Positions 1-10,700 of a DNA stretch of 64,000 bases are shown here, one piece after another; the stretch's first letter is position 1; the number at the start of each line of letters is the position of its first letter. This stretch comes from an uncultured bacterium (GTDB lineage Bacteria > Oederibacteriota > PGYV01 > CAWJRG01), in the NCBI GenBank assembly GCA_963845185.1, contig CAWJRG010000001.1, forward strand, positions 128,001-192,000, in the 5' to 3' direction. Position numbers and translations under genes: made by a program. The notes beneath the pieces were generated by a model, which saw only the letters and a program-made list of their open reading frames with translations, was not told the DNA's origin and made no database searches.

Positions 1-3000
1 TATGGATATGTTTGTTCCTGCTGTGGCTGTGACCGCTATGCTTGGCGACACCCAAATATAATAACCTGTCGTAACCGTAATGACATCGTTTACTGAGGTA
101 AGCGCACCTGTTGTATTTTCATCCATAACTGTCATTGTATATGAGCCTTCAACAAATGACTTTATATACACCTGCCCCGCACCGCTCGAATTAAGCATCA
201 CTGCAGTGGAAGTTGCCCAGTTTACTCCGTCGGTAGAAAAGTCAAAAGTACCTATAGTATCGCCTGCAGGAATGTAAATAAGGTCAGTCGTATGCCCACC
301 GGGTGCAGGTGCGTTAAAGCCGCCCGCGTCTTTGGCGTTAATATAAAGTATGCTTACTTTTGGCGCACCTGTCGTCGAGCTTGCCGCTATTGAGTCGGGG
401 CTCGGCAATATGGAAAGGTGCGTAGCCGCGCCTGAGCCTGCTATTGTAAGTGTGGTTCCAAGCAATCCGGGCGAATTAATTACGCAATAATTTTCACCTG
501 CTGTTGTGCTGGTCCTGAAATATATTGTTATCTGGCCCGATGCGTTTGTTGTGTTTGATAATGATGATACAAAAGATGTCCCGTTTTGTGCCAATGCTGT
601 TGCTGTGACCCATTGCCCCTGTATTACGTTTCCATAGGCATCCGTCACCTGTGCTGTAATTGTCACCCACTGGCCTGCTGTAACCGCGTAATAGTTTGAT
701 GTTGCCGAAAGTATCGCTGCAGAGTTTGGAATTATTGTCTCGTAGGCTGTACCTGTTACCAGTCCGGGTGAAGTAGCTGTTATCGTGAGATTGCTTCCGA
801 CTATTGTGTCCCTGTAATATACGTTTGCGTTTCCATTATTCAATGTGACGTTTAAAGTGGTGTAGTAGTTTGAATTGTCTGTTGAAAACATCATATTACT
901 TACAGGCGAACTTAAAAGCACATTTACTGTTGAATAAGCGTCGTTGCCGCCTGAATCTTTTGCCTGTACTGTGAATAATTTACCAACGCCTGCCTTGGCT
1001 GTGCTTGTGACAGGCAATATCGCCAGCGTTACGTCCTGTGCGTTGTTGACAAATACCGTGGCGTTTCCTGTAGTCAATCCAGAGGCTGTAGCCGAAACAT
1101 AAGCGCCTGTTATATTTGGCTGGGTGTCCTTTACAAGTATATTGTTCGGCGCTGCGCCTGAAAGATTAAGAGTGGCATGCCATGTCGTACCGTTATCGCT
1201 CGAAAAAGACATGTTTGTGTCGTTTGCCGTTACTGTAATCGGCTGAGATGAAGACGTTACGTTTCCGTAGGCGTCTTCTATCCTTACAAGCATGGACCCG
1301 TTTACGTTTGTCTGAGTGGTAAGCGTATTTGGTATTATATCTACTTTCGCAGCCGACCCTGCCACAAAATTCACTGTTATTATGCTTGTAAGGTGCGCTG
1401 AACGTACTGTCACTACAGCAGGGCCCGCAGCAGTAGAACTTATCAGGTTGTACGCGTATCCACCGGGCGCATTTGTAACTGCCAGTGTGTCAGCCGCTGT
1501 CGTAAGTATAGGCGTTATTGAATCCTGTGACCTGTTTGATGTGCAATTTACAAGTGCGTAAGGTATTCCTGCGGCACCCCCTGCAACTTGCCCGACAGAT
1601 AAAAGCTGCGCTGTAATTGTGACATATGCCCCTCCTACTTGAACAGTTCCTGTCGGTACCTGGCTGACAGCCAGGCTTTTTACTATCCATATATAATTAT
1701 TCAGGGGTGCCGGCGTGCTTATGCCTCCGTTGCCCTGGCTGGTTGCTCCATTGACTGATGTTGCACCGCTGTAAGGTATAGTATTAAAATCAGAAAAGAA
1801 GTTTTCCAGTATGTTTCCGCTTGAATTGGTGAAAACTATATTGTCATACACTGCATTAAAAGTACCGGCCTTGTTTGAGGGTGCGCCATTATACCCGATA
1901 TTGCCTGTGTCCTGCGACAACTCTGCCTGGTTGTAACTAGACCCCGACAGTGCGCCTATATTAAATTTCCTGTGGTACCATTGACCGTTTGCATAAGCTC
2001 CAAGGTCCATAGACGGATGGCACCTGATTCCATTCTGGTCTATTATATAACTCTGTGTCGCCTGCCCGTAATCACGCATCTGGTTGCCCGTCCAGGTGCC
2101 CTGGAACTCCGTGCCTGTGTAAAAATCAACGTTATAAGATGGCATAAAAACATTATACTGAAGGTAGTCGCCAGCCGCTATTGCCGTATTTGCAGGTGCT
2201 GAAATCAGGATATAAACAAATTCATAGGTATCCGCAGCTGTAAGATATGAAGTCAAAAGCAAAGGCTGGCTGTATGAAGTGCCGCCGGATAGCACGGTTA
2301 TGTTGTTGCTTATGCCTGTTATAGCTCCCGATGTCGCGGTTATAGTCTGTGTACCTGCGGTTACAAGCGTTGCAGCAAATATCCTGCTGCCTGAATCGCT
2401 TGTCTGGAATGTATACGCTGAAGGCAGCACAACACCGCTGCCTGTATCGCTTGAGGAGAAACTAACCGTCCCCGTAAAATTTGTAACCTGGTTGTTGTAT
2501 TGGTCCATGGCCGTCACAACAAAATTAAACGCCACTCCTGAGTTTACTGTGGACGGAGCTGTTACCGTGAATTTATACAGTGATCCCGCAATGACATTTA
2601 TAGCGTTGCTTGTGCCGAAAATTGACGAGTTTATTATATCAGTACCGGTTATAGTCTGTACCCCGGCTGTCACAAGAGTTACTGCAAGTACTTTCGTACC
2701 CAGATCCGACGCCAGGAAAGTATAGTCAGCAGGCAATGCTTTGCTGAGGCTCGGGTCAGTGGATGTGAAGGCTACCGTACCTGTGTACCCAGTGGCGACG
2801 TTATTGTAGTTATCTTTAGCCGTTATTGTTATCCAGAATTGCTGCCCAGCTGTCACCTGGGAAGGTGCGGATATTGTGAAATATACCGCGCTGCCTCCAA
2901 GCACAATCACGCTTGCCGTGCCGCTGACATTGGTCTGTACCGTGTCGTTTGCTGTGATTGTCTGTGTTCCCGATGTAACCAGTGTCACTTGAAATAAATG

Positions 3001-6000
3001 AGAGCCGCTATCAGTTGTTGGTATGTAGGTATAATTTCCAGGCAAGGTGGCTGCGAGGTCGCTTGAAACAAACTGCACCGTGCCGTTATAATTATTAACA
3101 ACCAGATTATCGAGTGTTTCAGCAGTCACAGTTATAAAAAAAATGGCTCCTGCCGTAACCGACACTGGCGCGGCTACAACGAAATGGTCTACTGCCTTTG
3201 TCGGCGTATATGTGGGCGTTGGAGAATTCGTGGGCGTAATTGTAAATGTATAAGTTAAAGTCACCGTCAAGGTCAGTGAAGAAGTCAACGTTACTGTAGG
3301 GGTATAAGTCGGCGTCATTGTCGGGCTGGCAGTAAATGTGTATGTTGGCGTATTTGTTGGCGTCCATGTCGGTGTCCATGTCGGCGTTTCTGTCGTTGTA
3401 TTCGTGAAGGTAGGCGTCCATGTTGGTGTACATGTATATGTCGGCGTTACAGTATTTGTTGGTGTCCATGTCGGCGTATATGTAGGCGTGTTAGTCGGCG
3501 TCCATGTCGGCGTTTCTGTAGGTGTCCATGTCGGCGTATATGTAGGCGTCCATGTCGGCGTATCCGTCGGCGATGTGGTTTCTGTCGGTGTAACCGTCGG
3601 CGTCCATGTTGGTGTAGAAGTAAACGTCGGTGTCCATGTCGGCGTGGCTGTTGGTGTACCTGTAGTCGTATTCGTCGGTGTCCATGTCGGCGTGGCTGTT
3701 GGTGTCCATGTTGGCGTATTCGTCGGTGTCCATGTAGGTGTTTCTGTCGGTGTCCATGTCGGCGTATATGTCGGTGTCCATGTCGGCGTATTTGTCGGCA
3801 ATATCGTGTATGTAGGGGTATTAGTCGGAGTCCATGTCGGCGTTGCTGTATATGTTGGTGTCCATGTCGGCGTATTTGTCGGTGTCCATGTAGGCGTATT
3901 TGTCGGCGATATCGTGTATGTAGGGGTATTAGTCGGAGTCCATGTCGGCGTTGCTGTATATGTTGGTGTCCATGTCGGCGTTGCTGTTGGCGTATTCGTC
4001 GGCGTATTAGTCGGTGTCCATGTATTCGTATCCGTTAAAGTCCAAGTTGGGCTGTTTGTCGGTGTAGCAGTGAAAGTCGGGGTATTTGTACCTGTCCATG
4101 TAGGCGTAGCCGTAGGAGTCCATGTAGGCGTATCAGTTTGAGTTGGAGAATTGGTAGGCGTAGGCGAATTCGTGTATGTCTTGGTTATTGACGGTGTAGC
4201 CGTGAACGTCGGCGTTATTGTATATGTAGGCGTTATTGTAGGCGTGTATCCGGGATTCCTGGTAAAATTAATTGTTACCTGGCTGATGTACGGCGAAACA
4301 AAATTATTAAAAGTTTTTAAAACCGCCTTCCATAAAAGCTGTGTTCCAGCGCCTAACGCAACTCCCACTCCCGGTGTTACCTGCTGCCATGTAGTCCCGT
4401 TGTTCGCAGAAAGATAATAACTTATTACCTGGTTGTTTAATGTCTGGTTGGCTGTCAATGTGGCGTATGCATATCCTGCGGACCACGTGTCTATTGCCAA
4501 AGACTGCGCCACGCCCGTGGATAAAAAATACAAGCCGTATATGTTCAGTTTAGCGTTATCCCCTCCCACCAAAAACGACCCGTTACCAAAGTCCACTGTA
4601 TTTATTGTTGACTGGTTGAAATTCACAAGGCTGCTGCTGTCGTTTGTGTAAGTACCGCCCGGTCCTCCTGGATTATTTATTATCTGCGCCCCTGTTCCTC
4701 CTATAAACCAGTTTGAGCTCGACGGGTTTACATCAACGCCGTATATGTTGTTGCCAGAACCAAAACTCAGGGCGCTTGTATCCGAATAATAACTGAGTTG
4801 CGACGAATCATAATGCCCCATCTGCCCGCTGTTGCATCCAAACCGAGTTATATTGATTCCATCGCATTTTATGCTGTTTATACCATAACTTCCGCCCAGC
4901 GCGCCGGAAAGTAATCCGCTTGCGTCACTGAAACTGCTGCCGCCGTCATAAGTATTTAATTCCCCGCCGCTGCCTCCTATGAACCACCAGCCATCGCCGC
5001 TGACGCCGTCCCAGTCAGCTGCTTTTACAGCGTCGCCGCTGTTCCAGTTCGTCAGCCCTGACGACTCGTCTGTAATTGTAGTACCGTTGTATATTGCCAG
5101 GTGTTGACTGTCACCGCCTATAAGCCACTGTCCTCCGTTTGCGCTTGTCCATTTTACAGCGTTTATGTTTATGTTTGATGAACTCCAGCCTAATGCTGAA
5201 TTCAACGAAGTGAATGTTGTGCCGTCATACTTTGAAATATATCCTCCCGCACCGCCTATCAGCCAGTATGAGCCGTTCCATCCCACTGCCAGTACGTTGT
5301 TTGCTCCAAACCCGAGGCTTGACCTCAAATCGTAAAACATATAAGTGCTCGCGTCAATTGTGTTCAGGTCTCCGTCCGCCCCGCCTATTATCCAGTATGC
5401 CCCGTTATACCCGGCGCATTTTATCGAATCCGCACCAAAATCCGTTATATTGTGTGATAAATCCGTATTTGTCGGTGAGTTATAAGTCCCGGTCCTTTCC
5501 AGTATTTTGCCGTTTTGGCCACCGATTAAATTTGTCGCGCTTGACTGCTTGTCCGTTCCTATTGCCCATATCGGACCTGTTGAAAAATATGACGGCATTG
5601 TCTGCAAATTGTAACTTGCGTCACCTGCTGTCTGCGGGCAGTATAGCGCTGTATTAGAGCCGTTATTCCCTCCTATCATCCAGTAGCTGCCGTTCCATTT
5701 TATCGCCCATATTGAAGAGAATGTTACTTTGCTGCTCTCGTCCGTAAAGCTCGTCCCCCCGTTATAAGTCGCAAGCTTGCCGCTGCCTCCACCAAGCATC
5801 CATATCCCCGCAGTGCTGTTATAGTCAATCGCATATATGTCATAGGATGTGCCACCCCATGCGGTATTAAGATATGTTGTTAAATCTGTAAACGTGCTGC
5901 CGTTATAACTTACTATCCTCCCGCCTGTTAATCCTATCAGCCAGTTCCCACCGCTTCCGTATGAGACCGCCCTTATGTCGTAAGTTGAAATCCCTGAAGG

Positions 6001-6582
6001 TAGTGATGCTTTAAGGCTGGTCCAATTTGTGCCGTCATATTTGTTTATCGACCCGCTGCTTCCGGCTATCAGCCAGTAAGCTCCGTCGGGATTATAGCCT
6101 ATAGTGTATATATTGCCGCTGAATGTTTGAAGGTTCCCCTTGTAATCTGTCCATGTGGTGCCATCCCACTTGTTTAATGTTATATTGTCTCCACCTATCA
6201 GCCAGTAACTGCCGTTATACTTGATAGAGCGGATGTTGCTGTTCCCAAAATTCACCAGGTTCGACGAAAAGTCTATGAAATGCGCGCCATCCCATTCATT
6301 AATTTTTGCCTGCAATCCGCCTATTAGCCACTGGGTAGATGACGCATACTCTATGGCTGTTATCCCGCCTCCCCAGTCTATAACTCCTGTTGTTCCTAAA
6401 AATCCATTTGCTTTTGCGAGTATGGCATAATGGTCAATAATATCCCAGTTTGCTGTCGTACTTGCAGTATTTTCATAAGTAGTGGCATTAAAATTTTCGG
6501 TAAATGTAATAGCCCGCAGCGACATTATAGCGCACAATAATATAGAAAGTGTAAAAACTGTAGTAAATACTTTTCTTCTCAT
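1..6582 (-). CDS. Large secreted adhesin-like surface protein, runs off the window (>2194 aa): signal peptide, W-x-I-G-G repeat (beta-propeller-like) head, Thr-Pro stalk, tandem Ig-like repeats and a CBM-like insert
   Basis: Absent from the ORF track, consistent with no stop codon in the window (segments I translated are open; not every codon checked). ATG at 6582 after AAAGAGG; reads [31 protein letters not shown]..., paralogous to the N-terminal ~770 aa of 7785..12959. TPTW stalk at ~3200-4250, then repeats such as [39 protein letters not shown]. Confidence 0.85.
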   Translation of the reverse strand, partial: MRRKVFTTVFTLSILLCAIMSLRAITFTENFNATTYENTASTTANWDIIDHYAILAKANGFLGTTGVIDWGGGITAIEYASSTQWLIGGLQAKINEWDGAHFIDFSSNLVNFGNSNIRSIKYNGSYWLIGGDNITLNKWDGTTWTDYKGNLQTFSGNIYTIGYNPDGAYWLIAGSSGSINKYDGTNWTSLKASLPSGISTYDIRAVSYGSGGNWLIGLTGGRIVSYNGSTFTDLTTYLNTAWGGTSYDIYAIDYNSTAGIWMLGGGSGKLATYNGGTSFTDESSKVTFSSIWAIKWNGSYWMIGGNNGSNTALYCPQTAGDASYNLQTMPSYFSTGPIWAIGTDKQSSATNLIGGQNGKILERTGTYNSPTNTDLSHNITDFGADSIKCAGYNGAYWIIGGADGDLNTIDASTYMFYDLRSSLGFGANNVLAVGWNGSYWLIGGAGGYISKYDGTTFTSLNSALGWSSSNININAVKWTSANGGQWLIGGDSQHLAIYNGTTITDESSGLTNWNSGDAVKAADWDGVSGDGWWFIGGSGGELNTYDGGSSFSDASGLLSGALGGSYGINSIKCDGINITRFGCNSGQMGHYDSSQLSYYSDTSALSFGSGNNIYGVDVNPSSSNWFIGGTGAQIINNPGGPGGTYTNDSSSLVNFNQSTINTVDFGNGSFLVGGDNAKLNIYGLYFLSTGVAQSLAIDTWSAGYAYATLTANQTLNNQVISYYLSANNGTTWQQVTPGVGVALGAGTQLLWKAVLKTFNNFVSPYISQVTINFTRNPGYTPTITPTYTITPTFTATPSITKTYTNSPTPTNSPTQTDTPTWTPTATPTWTGTNTPTFTATPTNSPTWTLTDTNTWTPTNTPTNTPTATPTWTPTYTATPTWTPTNTPTYTISPTNTPTWTPTNTPTWTPTYTATPTWTPTNTPTYTILPTNTPTWTPTYTPTWTPTETPTWTPTNTPTWTPTATPTWTPTNTTTGTPTATPTWTPTFTSTPTWTPTVTPTETTSPTDTPTWTPTYTPTWTPTETPTWTPTNTPTYTPTWTPTNTVTPTYTCTPTWTPTFTNTTTETPTWTPTWTPTNTPTYTFTASPTMTPTYTPTVTLTSSLTLTVTLTYTFTITPTNSPTPTYTPTKAVDHFVVAAPVSVTAGAIFFITVTAETLDNLVVNNYNGTVQFVSSDLAATLPGNYTYIPTTDSGSHLFQVTLVTSGTQTITANDTVQTNVSGTASVIVLGGSAVYFTISAPSQVTAGQQFWITITAKDNYNNVATGYTGTVAFTSTDPSLSKALPADYTFLASDLGTKVLAVTLVTAGVQTITGTDIINSSIFGTSNAINVIAGSLYKFTVTAPSTVNSGVAFNFVVTAMDQYNNQVTNFTGTVSFSSSDTGSGVVLPSAYTFQTSDSGSRIFAATLVTAGTQTITATSGAITGISNNITVLSGGTSYSQPLLLTSYLTAADTYEFVYILISAPANTAIAAGDYLQYNVFMPSYNVDFYTGTEFQGTWTGNQMRDYGQATQSYIIDQNGIRCHPSMDLGAYANGQWYHRKFNIGALSGSSYNQAELSQDTGNIGYNGAPSNKAGTFNAVYDNIVFTNSSGNILENFFSDFNTIPYSGATSVNGATSQGNGGISTPAPLNNYIWIVKSLAVSQVPTGTVQVGGAYVTITAQLLSVGQVAGGAAGIPYALVNCTSNRSQDSITPILTTAADTLAVTNAPGGYAYNLISSTAAGPAVVTVRSAHLTSIITVNFVAGSAAKVDIIPNTLTTQTNVNGSMLVRIEDAYGNVTSSSQPITVTANDTNMSFSSDNGTTWHATLNLSGAAPNNILVKDTQPNITGAYVSATASGLTTGNATVFVNNAQDVTLAILPVTSTAKAGVGKLFTVQAKDSGGNDAYSTVNVLLSSPVSNMMFSTDNSNYYTTLNVTLNNGNANVYYRDTIVGSNLTITATSPGLVTGTAYETIIPNSAAILSATSNYYAVTAGQWVTITAQVTDAYGNVIQGQWVTATALAQNGTSFVSSLSNTTNASGQITIYFRTSTTAGENYCVINSPGLLGTTLTIAGSGAATHLSILPSPDSIAASSTTGAPKVSILYINAKDAGGFNAPAPGGHTTDLIYIPAGDTIGTFDFSTDGVNWATSTAVMLNSSGAGQVYIKSFVEGSYTMTVMDENTTGALTSVNDVITVTTGYYIWVSPSIAVTATAGTNISI

Positions 6583-6616
6583 TCTTATTACCTCTTTATT
6601 TGCTATATTACTTACA

Positions 6617-6645
6617 ATTTTACCACAAAATTCCAACAATTTCAA
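6617..6645 (-). promoter_or_regulatory. Putative sigma70 promoter (TTGAAA-17-TAAAAT, extended -10 TG)
   Basis: Consensus match with 17-nt spacer, ~35 nt upstream of the ATG at 6582. Confidence 0.5.
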
Positions 6646-6748
6646 TTTAAAATTAAAGGTTTAAGATGAATAAATAATAGATAGGGTATAAATTTTAGGA
6701 TGATTTAGCAATAAAGCATTCATGATAAAAGAAAAAGATTTCCTTTTG

Positions 6749-7756
6749 TTAAAATTGCACGCTCAGGCCAATTTTATTGTTATTCCCCAGTACCCCGTAT
6801 GGTATAAATACATAGTCAAGCCCGTAGGAAATTTCCCCGGCCTTCATTGAAAATCCGGCTCCCAGTGAAAGCCCGCTAGCTGTCCTGTCCACAAAGTTAA
6901 GGTCTTCCCCTGCCCTTAACGCAAAATTATAATTACCCGAAACTGCCTGCAGATATTCAGCACCTACCTTTACGTCTGCTCCATAGCTGAGCCCGTACCC
7001 TGTGTCCAGGCTCACGCGTACACGGTTGTTCTCCACAACCATGTTTTTCCACTGCGAATACGCTCCTATGTTAAATGTCATCGGCGTTATGCCGTTTTCA
7101 AAGCTTGTCCCAAGGTTCATGCACGCTATACCAAACCCTACCTTGTTCCATATCATTTCTCCCCTGTTCTCCATAAAATCCGCTTCCTGCAGTATTATTG
7201 TATATATCGCTCCTATGTCTGCTGTTATCCCTGTATTGCTGTATGCGTTTCCAAGGCTCTCTCCGCTCACCTTGAGCTCCATGCCAAGGTCTATGTTTTT
7301 TAATGCATCGCTTTTCGTGAATTTATCCAGGCTGCTCCCGTATGCAACTCCTAATAGATAATCATAACTCTCCACCGTTGCCCCCTGCCCTCCGTATGTG
7401 CCGTTTACGTTCTCGTTTGTCTGCGTGATTTTCCCGCCTGATAGGTACTTAAACGCTGCCCCTATTGTGCCGGCTCCTTCCAGCGCCTGCTCGTAATAGC
7501 CTGAATCAAAAAATACGTCTTCAAAATATATATCGTGGATAAATGATGCCTCGTGCGCGCCCATAAGTCCAAGCCCTGCAGGGTTTATATCAAGCGCGTC
7601 TGTATCGTCGCACACTGCTGTGTATGCCCCTCCCATGGACTGGCTTATTATTCCTGCTGGTACTTTCAGGATATTTATTGCTCCTGTACCTGGCCCTGCT
7701 TTTATCAGGCTTATTGCCGTCATCACCGCTATTGCTGTTATTGCCATCCTTTTCAT
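6749..7756 (-). CDS. PorV/PorQ-like (UPF0164-type) outer-membrane beta-barrel protein
   Basis: Signal peptide; N-terminal LKVPAG..SQSMGGAYTAVCDD..ALDINPAGLG motif typical of PorV/FadL-like barrels; C-terminal LDYVFIPYGVLG..NKIGLSVQF ending in Phe. Confidence 0.8.
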   Translation of the reverse strand: MKRMAITAIAVMTAISLIKAGPGTGAINILKVPAGIISQSMGGAYTAVCDDTDALDINPAGLGLMGAHEASFIHDIYFEDVFFDSGYYEQALEGAGTIGAAFKYLSGGKITQTNENVNGTYGGQGATVESYDYLLGVAYGSSLDKFTKSDALKNIDLGMELKVSGESLGNAYSNTGITADIGAIYTIILQEADFMENRGEMIWNKVGFGIACMNLGTSFENGITPMTFNIGAYSQWKNMVVENNRVRVSLDTGYGLSYGADVKVGAEYLQAVSGNYNFALRAGEDLNFVDRTASGLSLGAGFSMKAGEISYGLDYVFIPYGVLGNNNKIGLSVQF

Positions 7757-7784
7757 TTTTCCACTCCTGCTAATATTAATATCG

Positions 7785-10700
7785 TCACTTTACCAGGTAT
7801 ATCTTGCCCTTATAAGTGCCGTTTGTCGTGGTCACAATGTAGAAATATATACCTGCCGCTACCTGCTCCCCGTTTTTATTCTTCCCGTCCCATTCTATCC
7901 TGCCTGTTGCACCGTTTATCTCGTATATTTTAAAACCTTCTATATTATATATAACCACATTGCTGTTTGGAGGCAAAAAATCAAATTTCAGGGTGTGGTT
8001 AAACGCCGTTTCCCTGTTATATGGGTTTGGATAAACTGCTATCACATCCGGCGTCGGTGTCGGTGTCAAATACGGAATTACTGTAGGCGTTATGCTTATT
8101 GTCGGTGATATAGTGTATGTGGGGGTTATCGTATATGTAAGTGTTATCGTGTATGTCATTGTTATTGTATATGTCTGCGATATCGTAGGTGTTATGGTGT
8201 AAGTAAAGGTTACCGTCTCCGTGCTCGTAGAAGTCTTGGTTATTGTGCTTGTCCATGTAATGGTCGGCGTTATGGTGCATGTTGGTGTTATTGTCCATGT
8301 GTATATGGTCGCCGTGTATGTAGGCGTTATTGTAAATGTCTGAGTTATTGTTGGCGTATCTGTAATTGTAGGCGAATCCGTTGATGTCGGAGTTATTGTA
8401 TAAGTTGGCGACGCTGTAAATGTTGGGGTGCTTGTAGGTGTCCATGTAGGCGTGTCTGTTGGCGTGATTGTCGGCGTATTTGTATTTGTATTAGTCGGCG
8501 TATTCGTTGGTGTGGCTGTCGGTGTACCTGTACTTGTCGGCGTGACCGTGGAGGTTGCTGTGAATATTACAGCTGTTGTGTGTACGTCATTTGAATAAGC
8601 CGCAAAATGCGTCGGCCCTGTCTGGTAAACAGCGTAGCTTGTGTTATCCCATCCTGCTGCTGTACCGAGCAAATATGTGACTGTAACGCTGCCTGATGCG
8701 TTGATATCAAGCGCTCCCAGGTTCCATACAACCATGCCGCTTGCAGTCGTTGTGTTCCCGCCTCCGGTTGAGGAAACATATGTCATATTCGCCGGTATTG
8801 TATCGTAGATCGTAACATTATAAGCGATCCCGGAAACGTTCTGGTAATTGATTGTGTATGTAATCGGCCAGCCTATCTGGTCCTGGGCCGGCCCTGATTT
8901 CGTAACATACATCTGCGGGACTGTTTCAGATGTGTTTGGCGATTCAAACAAAGAATTGAAAAAATACCTCATAGCCGGTCCCTCGGCATTTCCTGTGTAC
9001 GGAAGCGTGTAAGCTGACTGGTGCTCGCACATATATGAAACCTTGCCGCAGCTTGTTATGCCGTGGTAATAACCGGTCATGTACATATTAGGGTAAGTGC
9101 CGCCCGAAGAAGCCAGGTTTACCTGTATAACCGATGATGAACCTCCGTAAAAAACACTGCCCGGTGCCAGTTGGAATGCAGTCTCAGCTCCGGTGGCGTT
9201 TGTCCACTGGCCCGTGGCCTGGCCAAACGGCGAGTCCGGAAGAACATTGGCTGTCCTGGTGATGTTCTGGGCTGTTGATGTAAGGCCAAGTGTTGTCAGC
9301 CAGTGGCCGTGGCCTCCGTAAATCCAGTTTGCCTGCGATGTAGGCGTGGTTGATATAATATCATTTTCAAAAGCGTCCACAGAAATACACTGCGCAAAAA
9401 CATGCGAACCGGGATATTTCACATATGTTTCAATCTCAGCTATTGCCTCGGCGTCATTCGCGGTTGTTTGCGAATTGGGGCAGCCGTCATAGCCTGCGTC
9501 GCAGCTCGGTCCCACGGGATATGCGGCCCAGTGCTCGTTGATAAGCGTGCAGTATTTAGGCAGCCCGTCCGGAGTTAAAAACAACGCGCCGTCATGATGG
9601 TCTGTTGTAGTCGAACCCGCAATCTGCGCCGCTGTAAGGACATCCGGCGAAGTGACTGGCCATGTAGCATTTCCTGTGGAATCCGGAATGCCCGCGTTAC
9701 TTAAATAAGTTGCCGCTATCTGCCATGTACCGCGCGGGTCGTCGTTTGCGAAAAGCGCGATTCCCGGTGCTGCCCTTAATCTTCTGAATACCGGCGCCCC
9801 AAATGTCCCGGTACCTGTGTACTGGTGCACCTGCACAATATTGGTAGTCTGCCCGTTGTTCCATGCCGTAATAATGGCCATTGCCGCGACAGTATTGTCT
9901 TTAATGTCTATTATAAAAGGCCCGCCGTCGTAAACAGGGTTTGTATATACCGCGGCTGTACGTACATCAGTTGTCTGGCTGCAGGTAAAATCCGTGGCTT
10001 CATAAGCTTTATAGGATTTAATGGCCCAGTTAACAGGGATGCCGTGAAGCAATAACTGATAAACAAGACCATACGCTCTCCACATGCTGTTATTCTGGTT
10101 TGTCCGCCCGGCCGTGGTATCCATTGGTATAATCAAAGAACCTGTGCCAAAAGTTACAGTCGGGTTCTGGGTCGCTGTCGGGCTGGCGGTCCATGTCGGG
10201 GTAATCGTATATGTGACTGTAATGGTAGTGCTGAAAACAGGTGTTGAGGTCAATGTCGGAGTAATCGTCGGGGAATTGGTGTATGTATAAGTTTGGGTAA
10301 TACTCGGCGTTCCCGTAAATGTGGGTGATGGTGTCGGAGTATTTGTTAATGTTATTGTATCGGTCGGCGTCCATGTAGGAGTGACTGTTTGCGTCCATGT
10401 CGGCGTGGCTGTTTCTGTGTCTGTTGGCGTCGGTGTATTTGTGGATGTTGATGTGTAAGTAGGCGTCCATGTATACGTTGGCGTAGCCGTAGGTGTCCAT
10501 GTTGGTGTGGCTGTTTGAGTTGGGGAATTTGTGGGCGTAGGTGAATTCGTGCATGTCTTGGTTATTGACGGCGTAGGCGTTATCGTCGGTGTTATTGTGT
10601 ATGTTGGCGTTATTGTGGGTGTGTATGCTGGGTTTCTGGTAAAATCAATTGTTATCAGGCTGACGTCCGGAGAAAAAATGTTGTCACTGGTCTTTAAAAC

